Shown here: positions 10,854 to 25,108 of the stretch, piece by piece
How the letters are laid out: every line of letters begins with the position of its first letter
Position numbering within the stretch: position 1 is the first letter of the stretch
Source of the DNA: Gnetum montanum
Lineage: Eukaryota > Plantae > Gnetophyta
Length of the DNA: 64,000 bases
NCBI GenBank assembly: GCA_015680685.1
Contig: MNCI01000317.1
Span: 287,790 to 351,789 of the forward strand
Reading direction: 5' to 3'
Notes under the pieces: model-generated
What the model was told of the DNA's origin: nothing
Seen by the model: the letters and a program-made list of their open reading frames with translations, nothing else
Database searches by the model: none
Made by a program: the position numbers and the translations under genes

Positions 10854-13800
10854 ATGAACACACTTCACCTTGCTACTCATAGGATAACCATGGATCATCA
10901 CACTTAAGGACTAGGGCTTAAGAGAGGGAAAACGAAGTTTTCCAATGTCACCTAGTGATTAAGGTTAACCATTCTCCAATGTCACATATCTTACACTCAC
11001 ATGATCATGATGATTACATGATAAGTTAGCATAAATCTCTTCCTCCATAATCCACATAACCAATAAAACAAAAACCTTGAAACTAATTGGGAAGAATTGT
11101 AGCATTATTGAAACATATAATATAAATGAAATTTTATGTAATAGTAATAAGATATATCATATAAAGCATGATGCTTACATTATTTTCCAATGGTGTTTTG
11201 ATGACCCAATGCCTAGTAACTCAAATGAGCATAATGATTATTAAAATCATATGAGAAACACAAATCCAACCACAACCAATATGCTAAGAAAAAGACAATG
11301 GAAATCCAAAGAAAACATGGAAATGCAACTATATATAAATGAAATGCATGATGAAGAGGAAGAAAACATGTAACTAAGAATCTACCATGTGTCCAAGTAC
11401 AACACCTAAGTAGAAATGCTTTGGCTAAAATGCATTAAAGTTCCTATGTAATTTATGTTCATGCATGTCATCAATTTTGTACACATTGGGGCCAATGACA
11501 TCTATGATTTGGAATGGGCCTAACAACATAGGGCAAAACATACTTTGGAGACTTGCTCGACCAAATTTTCTACCTCTTCTTAGGACTAGGTCTCCTATCT
11601 TAAAGACTTTACCTACATGTTTCTTATTAAGCCATCGTTTAATGATTTTTTATTGATTAATATTACGAAAATCAAGACCTAATCTTAATTTTCTCATTTA
11701 GTTTCTATCATGCACTAAATTTGAATGTTTCATAAGATGAATAATTTTAGACCCTAGAAGTTCATCAAGTTTTCCTTTCATATAAGCTTTAATCTTAGGT
11801 CTAGGTCTTGGTAAGTCATTGAATACAACTTCTCTATGAACATGTTCAATGGATGTGTCATTAAAATTTAGCACACCTTCTAACATTTTAAGGGATATAA
11901 TCTCACTTATGTCTTTATCCTCCCTTAAATGTGGCAAGTCACTTAGAAGAAATTCATCATGTTGATGATAAGGCAAGGTATCTTCATAGATTTCTTCACC
12001 TTCTCTAGAAGTTTGATAGGATTGGGTGGAATCTGTATGAGAAAAAGGATTTATTTTTGTAATTTCACTCGCATGGTCATTTATAACATGTTCACCATGC
12101 TCAACCTCAATAAATACAACACAAAGGTTAGTGTTTTGATTCTCCAAAGATCAATTTTGCTCATTAAAAGTTGTTACAACTTGCTTATGAAAGGGTTCTC
12201 TAGGTATGGTCATGTATTCAAATTTTCCTTTGATAGGGATCAATAGTTCTAAGAAATCTAACCTAAAGAAGCCCCAAAATTTGGCCCCAAAAGTCCTAGA
12301 CAAGAGCACCCCATAAGTGGATGACATGTTGACTACTAAGATATTTGTATAACATGTAAATGTAGGGTATTATTTAAGTTGCACTCTTACTTATTTTAAT
12401 GACCCTACTACTAGTACATTAGATCCATCAAGTTGTATTACACTTTTTATTTGCGATATCATTTGTGCTCCTAAAGTCTTACATACCTCAAGTGGCATGA
12501 CACTAACAGTTGCTCTAGAATCCATCAAACAATTATGAACATTCTTTCCTAAAATAATCAGAGTTGTTGGAAAAGGAGGTTGTTCTTTCTTTCTCAACAT
12601 GGAATTATTTGTATGTTGGAATGATAATGTGCTAGGACTTTCTGTGAAGTGAACTTGCCTTTTCGGGGTTGAAGATTTTCCTTTATTGGTTTCTAGTCTA
12701 TGAACTATCTCTTGGATCACATCTTTCATTTTTTTAAATTATAGGAGATCATACATTGAGATGTTAGCTTTAAGTTTCTTCAAATCCTCAACTAGATCAT
12801 AAGTCTTATGTTCATCTTTGGCTTCATGTTAAGATGGAGTTCTTCTAAGTATAGAAGGGGAGTTTGGCTATTGTGGGACATTTACTTGGGAAGATCCAAT
12901 CTGAATACTCGTGTTGTTTTGATTAGGAACTCTTCTATCCAAAGGAGTGTACGGACCATTCCTAGTTTGTTGTGTGTTGTTCATAATGTTGCTAAGTCTT
13001 TAGTAGCAAGTGTTATGAGGATTGGGGTCGCTTACCATAACTTGTTCTAATGAGGAAAACTCTTCATTTTCTATTTCATGAGGTACATTAAGGACCATAA
13101 TAGAAGGTTTTACATTTTTTTGACTTTAGGCATTGTCACCATATAATGCTAAGAATTGAGAACAATTCTTCTCAAAACATTGCCTTGTGTTATGAAGCTA
13201 ACAATACTCATCATTGACTAAGTACTTGGCCTTTCTAGTTGTATAGGATCCTTTGTAGTGTTTCGCTTTAGTTCAACTACTTTATTTGAAAGTTTTTGTA
13301 GTGAAGTTAATATCTAGGTCATTTGATTTTCAGTTTGAGTTGTAGGTCCAATAGGGTTGGATATCCCATTTGGGTTTATGATTGATTAGATTAAGGCCTT
13401 TGATTGATTATCATTCAAACCAGTGTTAGATGGTAGGAATGAAAAAGATGTGGGATCTTGAAAATAGCTATTTATAAGTTGACTCAATTGAGGGGGAACA
13501 GAGGTTTAAAACATAGTATTGGCCATTTGGAAAGTTGGTAGACGTAGAGGGTTAGATTGCATAGGATTACTAACAAGCATCATCCCAAATTGGGTTTGAA
13601 TGCTATTCATAAGGGTAATTTATTCTAACTTGATGGCTTTAGCCATCACTCCCTATATTTCTGTTATGTTGGGATTAGATTTGATGGCATAGGCAAAGAC
13701 AAGTAAAAGTTGAGGATACCATCAGGTTGTGAATGCATCTCATTTGACGCATAGGCAAGTTGATGGAGAAATCTTAAGTTGTAGTCCTAAATATTTTCTC

Positions 13801-16036
13801 CAGGAATTTTCATCAAGCTTGTAAAATTGCTTGATGCTATGGTAGGAACTTATTTTTAAACTCTTGCCATGAGTTGATGGAGGCATTAGTGAGCATCAAA
13901 AACCATTGGGTGGCTTTGCTCTTGAAAGTCAACCAACAGTAATTTTCTTAAACGCTATTATCAAGGAGTTTATTGGTTTTAAAGCCAATCTAGTTGATGT
14001 TTACCGAGACCGCTTTTTCAAAGCACGATTACATAAAATTCAGCAGTTATCAGGATTCCTTGATGCTATGGAATCTTGGCATCACAAAGACCCTACATGC
14101 TATGTCATTTTGAACAATGTTGTGGATGCCTAGTAAAGTTTCAAAACATTGTATATGTTGGTGGACATAACTAGTAGGGTTTGTAGGATTGAAGAATAAA
14201 TTTATATTTTGAAGTGATTTTCGGATATCATGGTAGTTATTAAAGTTGAAGGGGTTGCTAACCAAGGGAGCTAGATGTTGATTGGTTGTCATCCTAGTCT
14301 AAGTTCTCCTAGGAATAGAACTTGAAAAATGTGAAGCTCATCATTTCCTTAATGTAAAGCAATTGGTAGCTAGTTGGTTAAGAGTAGAGAGTTCGCTCAT
14401 AAAATAAAAAATTACAAAATATAAATGTTAAAATAAAGCTATAAAATTAAGTCAAGGAAAAGAAATATTAAAATAATAAATTTTTTTTGACAAAAAATAA
14501 AAACACTAAAATATGCTATTTTGAAAAAAAAATATTTTTTTAAAAAATAAATAAATGCATGAAAATTCAATATTTGTAAAATTTAAAAAAGAAAAATTTT
14601 AGAAAAATACATTTAAAATTGAATAATTAAATAAAACTGTATTATCCAAGCTAGGGCTAAGGTAAGGACCACTAATATCAAAACTTCGAAAAGAAAGTTT
14701 AGGGTTGAAAATGATAATTTTTAGAAAATGAGAAACACCAATTTTCAAAAAAAAAAAAGTAGAAAATAAAGGGTTTGGAGATAGAGGTTTACAAGAGAGG
14801 AAAATAAAATTCAGTAAAACAAGAATTTTGAGATAAGAACAAAAGAAGGAAAATGAAATTTTTGGGAAATAAAAAATAGAATAGGAATAGGAAAAGGGTA
14901 GAAAATTGATAATTTTTGGAAAATGAAAACAAAGGTCAAAAATGGCCCTCTTTCTAGTACCAAAAAGGGTGTTGATGCATAAATTTTGGTCACACCAACA
15001 CTTATTTGAGAAGACTATTACTTAGGGTACCTCCTGTATGGGTACAAAAACCTAAGAATAGTCTTAGCTAGAGAGGGCTATGTGACCCTTTGAAAATAGT
15101 AAAAAAGATAGAAATTTTAATTGAAATGAGTGTCTCAAATTCAAGAATACAAAAGGTAACCAAAATAAATTTTTCCTGTCGGTTTGCTGTAGATGATGCC
15201 ATAGCCAACACTGCCTATAGTCATTGGAGAAGTGAGAAAGAGAGAAGAGGTTGGATGAAGGGACCCACTAAGACATATCTAATGCATAGATAGAACATGC
15301 CCCATTGCTAACATGATAGAGGAAAATTTGTCCCTGTTTGAAGAACCCTGCCACAGATGCACCGCCCATCAAAAATAGAATAGAACTATAGAACTCATGC
15401 CTACAACTATTGCTATCAACTACTACAACATCACAATAGAGAGAGAAAGAGTGAGAGAAAGCTACCAAATCTTGCTATGACGTGCCGATAGATGTGTTGT
15501 TGTCTTTAGTCCTACGTCTACCACCGTCCTGGCTCTATTGCGAAAAGGGAAAAGAAAACTACTACCTCTTGGTTTTCTATTGAGATTGTTGACCATCATC
15601 CACACAACTCTACTACTACTAGCTATCATCAATTCATTACTAAGAATAAAAAAATAGGACAACAAAACCCACTTGTTGCACCTACCATTTGTGTGCATCA
15701 GTTGCATTGATGTTGCCCTAAGAAAAATAGGATAAGAGAGAGAGAAAAAACCACCATCCATTGGTTTCTCAACTACTAGAGACCCCCTACCCATCTGCAT
15801 GTGCCTCAATGGAGAGAGTCGCAACTATTCGAGAAGAGAGTCCAATTTGTTAAAGAGGCCCTTGCTCCCCCCACCCCCACCCCACCCCTTCTTGTTATCA
15901 TCTTTGTTCTTTGCTTTATAGCCACCTACTAGTGACATTTCACCTCCCTACACATCAGTCCACCTTCCCACATGTCAGTCCACCTCCCCACATGTTGGTT
16001 CACCTTCCCACATGTCAATCCACCTCCCTACACATT
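10854..16036 (-). mobile_element. Internally deleted Tat-clade gypsy element, sister of 22804-34445
   Basis: 10854-11400 matches 25550-26100. Gag start 14050-14292 matches 31681-31986. Protease CLMDSRATVSVM in 12391-12729. tRNA-Asn PBS at 14946-14962 and LTR starting TGTTGATGCAT at 14970. Most of aRH/RT/RH/INT and the 3' LTR are missing. The right boundary is uncertain. Confidence 0.85.
15938..16036. repeat. Minisatellite, about 20-bp unit (TCCACCTYCCCACATGTCAG) x5
   Basis: Five consecutive diverged copies read directly. Confidence 0.8.
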
Positions 16037-16954
16037 AAAATTGCTTGGTGAAATGGTATATGATTTTACAGGATAGTTTTGTTAATCATGGCTCCATGTA
16101 ATAGCATGGGTGAGGTTGGCCACAATAAAAGGAAAAAGCATACGTAGATCTGTGACTCAGAAGAATTGAGGTACAATGTAAGTATGACTATAGGGTATAT
16201 TGCAGTAAATCTAGATCATTAGCATAATGGAAACAAGAGCAGAAGACAATGGCAATGAAGAAAACAACAATAGTAAGCAAGGGTTGCAATAATAATAACA
16301 ATGAGTACCAACAATGACAACAAGGATAGTAGCAACTGTAATAGTTCCAAAAATGATGGTAGATTAGATTTTCAACAATGTAAGAGAAGCTTGGTCGTAA
16401 GCTATAGAGAGCTTGAGATAATTTCCATGATGGAAATATGAAATCAACTAGCTAAAAGCCTCTCATAGAAGATGAGGAGCATCACTTTTATGGACTCTTA
16501 TCATTGTGGACGAGTGTCAAAGTAGTCCATTACTATTGTGATAGTAACCATTCCCACTATTAATGGAAGCCACTTCCACTTTAGATAAATTTACCTTTTT
16601 TAAAATTTGAGTAAGACTGATATGAAAAAAACATAAATTTGAGTTGCATTGAAATAAAATTAAAATTTGACTAAAAGCTAGATTGAATTAATGTTAAAAA
16701 ATATTACTATATCTTGATGTAAAATTACTATAAAAATAATGAATTCAATTGCTCAAAGAAGGGTACAAACATATCACATTCATGCCCAATATAAATGTCC
16801 AATACTAAAAAGCTACTAGTTTACTTTTATTGGTAAATATGTATAACAAAATTTTGAATGTGTGTTACATTTATTTTTCAAATGTAAATATCTATATTCT
16901 ATGCCTATAGAGACTTAAAACTCTTTTTTCTATACACATGGTTGGCTTAATTTT

Positions 16955-17378
16955 TTATGAGCAGTGGCTACTCCCTGCATCCGATCATACGAATCACAAG
17001 AATTTACACACAATCTAGTCAAATTTCATGGACTTATTTACCTAAGTGGTTAATATTCCTAAATGGTGAATTATTTTATTATAATTTTTTATCTTTTCAA
17101 TCCACACTTGTATTAATCTCTACACATGGTTCAGTGTAGTTGAGACATAAGATATCTATTTTAATCCTTTTTTTCATTTTATATCCTTATTGCTAAATGA
17201 CTAAATGAATGAAGACTTAATACATAAATTAACAAACTAAATTATTACTTCATTAACTAACTATCCTAATGTAAAGTATTTGTTCCCACTCAACATACAT
17301 ATCTTGAACCTATATCAATGCTACTAGATTTCCACGTGTATACTACTAGGTGCACCAAGTATCCACCACTGGGGTTAC
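16955..17378 (-). repeat. Partial 3' LTR of the Athila element
   Basis: Aligns to 43432-43840, then jumps into extra-ORF sequence (deletion). Confidence 0.75.
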
Positions 17379-17379
17379 T

Positions 17380-19060
17380 CTACAACTTTGATGACCAACT
17401 AATGATTAGTCATGGTGGCCATATGAAGTTACACATTTGTGACTAGCAACTTGCCTCTTATCTCAAGTGGCTACAACTAGTTTATAGTAATCTCATCTGG
17501 AAGATTAAAGATCTCTAAAGGTGGTTGCCTAGCTCCTACTAGTCTTTCCAACATCTGCTCATGTTGGGAAGCACTCATCCAACAACTTCCTACTTCAACA
17601 AGTATATGGACATCTACCATAGAAACTATGTATGGCATGAATGTTCTAGGATAATTGAGGGCATCAACTAGTTAATTAATCATCACCTTTGTTGTTATCT
17701 CTTGATCCTTATGTTGTAGCACTAGGACCACTGTCCCCTCACCTTCCTCTAACATGATAGAGAAGGCTATTATATTTCCTAAAATTTCAAGAAATGTTTG
17801 TCTAGGAATGGACATAGTGATCTACCTAGCGTTTAGATCGGATCTAGTGGGTTCATGGTTTCTCTATGTAGAGAATAGTGATGTTGTCTCACTATCCAAC
17901 TAGTTGATAGTCCTTATGACTTCATTTAAATGGCTCATGACTAGACAATGGATAGATGGCTCCCCACCACTTGTAGATCCTTATTTTTCTACATCTATTG
18001 CTTCTAAAGTTTCCTAAGTCATTCTACAGTTGCAAGCATCTCCGTTGTGATTTTTGGGGCTATAGGTATTGGTAATGGTGACTACTCCTCTTCTTGTAGC
18101 TTTGCTACTACCTTATCTTTCATCATCTCCTACCATAATGTGGTAGGAGCATGGTGGACTACATTGTTCAAGTAGCAAGATATCCTCCTCCTTCCCCTCT
18201 TTAACATAATTTTCTAATCAAACATGGAAAGGAGAATTTCTTTCTACCCTTCTCATTTTCTTTGAAACACTTCTTGATCTCTAGGAAGATGATGTTTGGT
18301 AGGTTGAAAAGGAATTTTCTACTTAGAGCCACATATGCCCTGGAAAATAAGTCTACCATCTTGCTGAGCCTCACAATTGGAGTTAGGGAATAGGTCATGA
18401 TCTTACAATAAGCTAACTCTACCTTTGTTAAGACATTTTACACCTTATGGTCCACTCCATAGCATTGTTGGACCTATGCTTTTTTCATCTCATGATCCAT
18501 CTATGTAGAGATCTCAACAAGTTTTTCCCTAGTATTGGAAAAATAGAGAGCTTTAGATATAGCCTCAATCAAATAATAAATGGTGATGCCCTTGATTTTC
18601 ACTAATGCATCTCCTTATAAGTTGTTCCAAAATAGGTATGTCTCCCATATGTACCTCTCCATTGTTAGAGAGAATGGACCACAAGGAGGACACCTATAAT
18701 TGTGTTCTAACCTCTTCTAGCACCAACTTCAAGAAGGATCCAAAGTTCAACTCATATAGAATGAAATTTTAAACCTTCTTTATCCTAATCTATTCTAGGT
18801 AGGCCTCCTTAAGAGTGACCTCTAGGTTAGGCCTTCGCCTGGGAGCCTCGTCTTCCCTAGATTGGTCTATCTTCATAGTGGGAATCTACCTAATAGATTC
18901 CACTGTAGGTTCCTACCAAAGAGGTCTAGCAGAATGCATCACCTTGGCTACTTGTTCCTATGGTTGTTGTTGCTATTACTGTTGACCCTTTCCTCCTTGA
19001 GGTCACTTTTTCCTAGGCTACGATGGCCCTCCTACTTGTGGTTCTCATTTACATGCCATC
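17380..19060 (-). pseudogene. Athila extra ORF remnant
   Basis: ETYLFWNN near 18630 and KKFSFPCLIRKLC (18201-18398) are homologous to 4571-5179. Confidence 0.65.
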
Positions 19061-20699
19061 TATGATTACAAACATAACTCATGATTAGCTCTTGAATTCA
19101 TAAAATTTAGTCATTAAATACCTTCCTTCATTAGATAAGGTTATGTTCATTTTTTGGGCATTTAGGATTTATAATTTAAATGCTTATTTCTGATTATTGG
19201 CTAGGTGTATTATTTTATTGTTAGCTAAAGGAGTTTGTTTATTGACCCTAACCTTTAAGATAATTAATTTGATGTTATTTTAATACGTTAACCATGGAAG
19301 TTAGAAAAATGTTGAAACTTTTTTTTGTGAAAAACTAAAGATTTATGTCCCCCCACGATGTAAAGCATACCTCAAGTAGCTTAAGGGTCAAATCAAGCAA
19401 GTGGTTTGGAAGTTAGGATGCTTGAAAGTTTTTTGGGCTTTGAAAAATTTCAAAAACTCATCGAACACTTTAGGAAAATGATAAAAAATGAGCTACGTGT
19501 CATGCATATTTGTAGGTTTTTTATGCTACATCGATGGAGCTACATCAACTTATTCCACTACATCAATGGGGATGTGTTGATGTAGCTATTTGTACCTATG
19601 TTTCTTATTTATAATTTGAGGAATTTCAGGTGAGTTTTGGAATGAAACAAGAGGCTAATGGAAGCCAAAAAAGTGTATAATGATAACAATAACATGAAAG
19701 AGAGAAGGTTTAACCTAGGAAAAGCAATTTAAGTAGATTGGGATGAATTTAATGAGGATGTTATGATGCCAAATAGAGAAAAAATGGATGTGAAAATGCT
19801 ATCAACATGATGTAATCAATCAAGCACTTCATGGGTAGGAAATTTAACTTAAGGAAAACCAAAAGAATGCAAATGGATCCTCCACAAAGTAGGCACATGT
19901 TGATTATTCCCTTACATACCTTTATCACAAGGAGTCTATGTGCCCTAAGGATGATGAATGGTTGAGTTAAGTTAAATTCCATATTCATGAGAAGAAATTA
20001 TTGGAGGGTTATGATATTTAGAAAATAAAAAATTCTTCCCTTTATGATTGATAATAAGAATGATGATATATTAGTAGAGTATCATAGAACTTAAGAAGGA
20101 TGTTGAGAGAAAAAATCATATCAAATCCTGTTGAGGCAACATCCTTTCCATTCCTGCTTGGTCCTTTCCTAGTTCATTGGGTAACAAGATCATTGATTAC
20201 TTTTTAATGGTAATGTGGATGAACCTTTGTGATTTCAGGATACTAATTTCCAAAAGAATAAATGGAATGGATGAATGTCATGAAACCATTGCTTGATACC
20301 AATAGAAAATTGATATATTGTTAGTAGAGAACATAACCCAAAGATAAAATTTGGCCTTTTGGTTAATCAATCATAATATTGATATCTTCCTTGAATATCT
20401 TCAAAAATTTGTAGTAGAAATAAATAAAATCCAAAATGTCCAACTAGATGAGATAAAATTATGAAAGAAGGAAAGAAAAGAAAATATATATAGAATAATC
20501 AATAAAATATTTAAGAAAATGGAAAATATATAAAGAATGCTAAAAAACAAAAAGATGTGAAGCTAGTTAGCCTCATCAAGTTGTTAACATGAATGCCCAT
20601 CACCCTCATGACTATGTTGAAAGGAGGAGATCTGAATAATAGTGTACCTATTCCTACACCGAGGTTTCTGTGTTGCTAGTTACTTGGGATTCTAGGAAT

Positions 20700-22803
20700 G
20701 GCTTAAGTTGTTGTATGTTGAATAACATATTTTTTTGAGGAATCAATGACTAGTATATTATCATGGCTCTAAAAGGAATAGTTGAATGAATGATATAAGG
20801 TCCTTGCCATAACATTTAAACTTAGTGCATTATGGCACATGCATGGGATTCTAGTAAAGAACTTTATCACTAGGTTAGAATTGAAATCTTCTTATCCACT
20901 CATTATGATGTTGTTTGTGGTATGTCTTGTATACTTTATTCATCATTGGGGATATTTATTGATTTTCATCTAGCACATTAATTATCATTAAACATTCTTC
21001 TTGGGATAGATTAATGTCTAGGTCAAGTTCATAGGCCATTGTAAGTATATAAATTTTAGGTTGAATTGAAAGTTTTAGCAACTTTCGGTACACTAAATCA
21101 TAGGAAAAGTAGCCTATAGGAAGCTTCCAAATTGAACAATATGCCGAAAGAGAATCATTAATTTTTTTTAGTCTAGTCCTTCATATATCTACTAATAATT
21201 CATGTTAGTATCCTAGTGATCTTCCTATTAGTAACTTTAGCTTGACCATTATCTTAGAGGTGATAAGGGATCATAAGTTTATGTTACACTTCCAAGTGTG
21301 CATTAATTCTGAAAAGTCAACCCTTTAAAATGTGTACCATAATTTAAAATAAGTGCTCTAGGCACACCAAACCTATTTACCACTTCTTGTTGTACAAACC
21401 GAGCTATAGTGGTAGATGTATAATTTGATATGGTTGTAGCTTCAAATCACTTGGTGTAGTATTTAATGGAAACTATGATGTATGCTTTCACATTAGAGAT
21501 GGAAATAATGGATCCCATGAAGTCAATACCCCAAAGTTGAAAAGGCTCCAATGGTTGGATCCACTATTGGGACCCTTTCATTCATACAATCATTCCTCCA
21601 TCTCTTTGACATCACTTGCATAAATGAAAGAAATAATGTGTCCTTAAAGATCATTGGCTAAAAGTACCCTGTCATGAGGATTTTTGTAGCTATCCCCCTT
21701 CTTGCATAGTGGACCTTGTGATGACCCTCATGAGCATCTTGGAAAATGCACAACTAATCAGCATCATACACACATCATTGAATGAGAGCATTGGCATAAT
21801 CCTTATAAAGGTTATCTTGGATCTCAATGTATTGCTTGACCTGGTGAAGAAACTATTGTTTCTTCTTATTGTCCCATTTTTTTAGAGTCTCCTATGTGAG
21901 AAGATAGGAGAGGAGCTCATCATAATAATTAATAACCCTTAGCTTTTGAACTTTAATGAATTTAGCAAAGAGGAGTTCATCTAGAAATTGATTAGATAAA
22001 TACTTCTCATTCTTCTTGCTATCCCATCATAAGCGAGATAAATGATTAGCAACTACATTCTTAATTCCTTTTCTATCCACCATGGTAAAGTCAAATGGCT
22101 GTAAAATTACCAACCACTATATGCTATAGGGGCTAATTGTTGGCTTTTCCATCAAGAAATGGATCGCATTGTGATCCATGTGCATAAAAATTTGGTATCC
22201 AAGCACATACTACATATGTTTCTCCATAGTAAATGCCACCACCACGAGTTCCTTCTCAGTGATGGTATAGTTTAATTATGCATCCACAATGTTTCTTCTT
22301 GTATAATGGATGTAGTATGAACATTTTTGGTTATCCAATTATATGAACACTACTCTCAATGCATAGTTAGATGCATTTATCATAATGTGAAAAGGCCTAG
22401 ACTAATCTATGATACATGAAATTGGAGTTTCTATGAGGTTTTGTTTTAATGCTAAAATGCTTGTTCACATTCCTTGGTCCATTTAAAACTTGCATACGTT
22501 TTTGTAAGCTCCACTAGTGATTTAGAAATTTTGGATAAATTCTTGATGAAGCATCTATAATAACCAATATGGCTAAGGAATAACCTCACATATTTTATAG
22601 TTTAAGGTTTTTTTGATAATTTCTTGTATAACTTGTACTTTCTCTAGATTCATCGTAATCCCTTTTCCTAAAATTTAGTTCCCTAAGACTATGCCCTCTT
22701 GAACCATCAAGTGGCCTTTTTGCTAATTGAACAATAAGTTTATCTCTACACAAAACTTTAACACTTGATCTAGATGGTCCAAGGCTTATTCAAAGTTGGT
22801 ACC
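20700..22803 (-). pseudogene. Athila pol, 3' part (RT C-terminus, RNase H, integrase), highly degenerate
   Basis: Minus-strand motifs: HLMVQEGIVLG (about 22690), EKELVVVAF (about 22250), PFQLWGIDFMG (about 21530). Confidence 0.85.
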
Positions 22804-24817
22804 TGTTGATGCATAAATTTTGGACACACCAACACCTATGAAAACTCTTTTTAGGAGACTATCACCCAGGGTGCCTCCCTTATGGGTATGAAAACCTGGG
22901 AATAGTCTTAGCTAGAAAGGGCTATGTGACAAAAACAATAATAATAATATTTTAAACAAAATATTGAAAACTTAAATTTAATTCTAGGAGGGTTCTATTA
23001 TATTTTGAAAAACATAGTAAAATAACTAAAATCAAAATTAAACATTTGTGTAATTTTCTTTTCCTAAAAAAAAGTAAACAATACAATAAGAAAATTGAAA
23101 TTGAATTCAAATTTATCTAGTCTCGATGCCACTTGACCATCGTCGTTCTGTGATGTTGGTTCTACTGCAACAAAAGAAAAGAAAATTCTGGAATTCAGAT
23201 CTCCGGTCTACAATGAATGCTGCTGCTCAAAATCTAAAGAAAAGAAGAATTTTCTGCCACCTTTTGTGGTGTTCACTACCAATTCTTTACCAAGAGAGAG
23301 TGTCTCCCTTCCATTGGTAGCCTCCAGGCGTTTGCTGTTGCTTGGATGCCTCCCATGTTTGGGAAGAGGCTCTGTCCCTCGTTCCTTCTCCAAGTGTTGT
23401 GATAGGAGAGGAAAAAAAGATAGCTCAGTGTTTGCTATTTTTCTAGTTTACCACCCGTCACAGTGTCTGCATCATTGTTAATGCACCATCTATCATTGTC
23501 TACGCATGTGTCTCCAAAGAGGCCTTGCCCGAGTTGATGTCAGACTGATGTCAAGGAGAGACAAACCATGTTTGTTTGTGTGCAAAGACAAAAAAAAACC
23601 GTCGTTCTACACTTGCTACTTTAAGCCACTGATGGTGTCATCTACTGAGGACCACATAAGAATGGGCAGAGAGACACTCACGTCTATCATCACATCATCT
23701 GCATAAGCAACACATCTGTCACCTTGTTGGTCTACTATTTGTGCATCATTCACCTGCCACTGATGTGTCTGTAAGCTTAGAGGTAGAAAAACGTGCTACT
23801 ACCCTTGAAAGACTTGGTGTGAAGAGGCTCTGCACCCCACTGTTGGGTATCCACTATCACCCCAATGTCGAAAGAAAAGGCTAGACTCTATTTTCCCCAA
23901 CGTCTAAGAAGAACCTACATTTCTCAGAGGAGAGGTTTCCTCCTGCTATTTACAAGCCGTCCTTCCCTCTTTGTTTATAGCTCCCTACAGGAGAAGAAAC
24001 CCATCAACCAAAATCAACCATTGCGACATGAAACGTCGCATGGGGAAACTGCCACCACCATGCCACATCATCTTTGATAACAAAATCTGAAAATATTGAT
24101 GTCCTTTCGATATTTGGCCATTTGAAAATTGATCTGCTTGTCACTGTAAAATTTGTAGTGTTATAAGTAAATAGTGAAATCCAGTGCTAGAAACCAAGGG
24201 TAGAGTGAAGTGGTTCTATCAATTAACAATTAGTAAGCCTTATTTTCATCATATCCACATGTAAATATGCAATCAATCCCTAAATGTAGGAAGCTGATAG
24301 AAAACAAATGTGACATCACCACCCTGAATTTGATGTTGGTTTATCTATTTTATCATAGTTTATTGTATAAAAGTATAAAACACCAAGAAAATTAAAGCTG
24401 CATGTTTTAAGAGGCAATAATATAGAAGCCTACCGTTAATACTTCAATATAGGTTATGTATATTAATCTACTTTTTGATGTATACTTTTGGGCATTTTGG
24501 AGGTCAAAAAATAGAAACTACAATCATTTGGAAAAGATAATAGGTGCATATGCCTCATGCCTTGTATTGTCAGTGCTACTATTGTAGCAATATATTAAAA
24601 TTATTAAATTTTTATGATAGTTTAGCTTTGTGGTAAGACTTTTAATTTGAAAGACTTTTAGGATAACGTGTCTCTTCATCATCTATTCCTTTAACTTTTC
24701 CATGAGGAAACGTATGTGAAGTTTATTTTTATGATCCCAAAAGGGGAGACATGTGGTGTTTCAACTAATATTGTTGATAATGGCCCCATGCTTAGCATGG
24801 CGAGGTTGACCTCAACA
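22804..24817 (-). repeat. 3' LTR of the Tat element (about 2.0 kb)
   Basis: TGTTGA...TCAACA termini, abutting PPT; the start is repeated at 32477 and 14970. Confidence 0.8.
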
Positions 24818-25067
24818 CTTAGCCCCCAAACTACAAATTGCATGCAAGTGCAAGGAGCAACAAAAATCATGAAATTTTGAAAAGAAAAGTAATAAAGGGT
24901 GAATCAAAAATTTCACAAAACAAGGAAATAAAAATTTCAAAGTAAACTATAGTGATCCAAACATGATTAAAATAGCCAAATGATCAAAAGAGAACCAGAC
25001 ATGGGCTACCCAAACCACATCATTAAAATATAAATATATAATTTATTATTATTTTAACTAAGAACTA

Positions 25068-25108
25068 TAGATATATATATGTAATTATATATATATGTAT
25101 ATATATAA
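25068..25108. repeat. Imperfect (AT)n microsatellite in the Tat 3' UTR
   Basis: Read directly. Confidence 0.7.

Noticed and set aside
15938-16036. CRISPR-like short repeat array
   Set aside because: Head-to-tail minisatellite without unique spacers, in a eukaryotic retroelement context.
210-16140. Possible MULE transposase traces (CQC...C near 213; GEVGHNKR near 16110)
   Set aside because: Only isolated, degenerate motifs with no continuous frame or TIRs; too weak to call.
23126-24077. Repeated short ORFs in the Tat LTR copies (also 32734-33087 and 33740-34128)
   Set aside because: They lie within LTR sequence and the frames are not conserved between the three copies.
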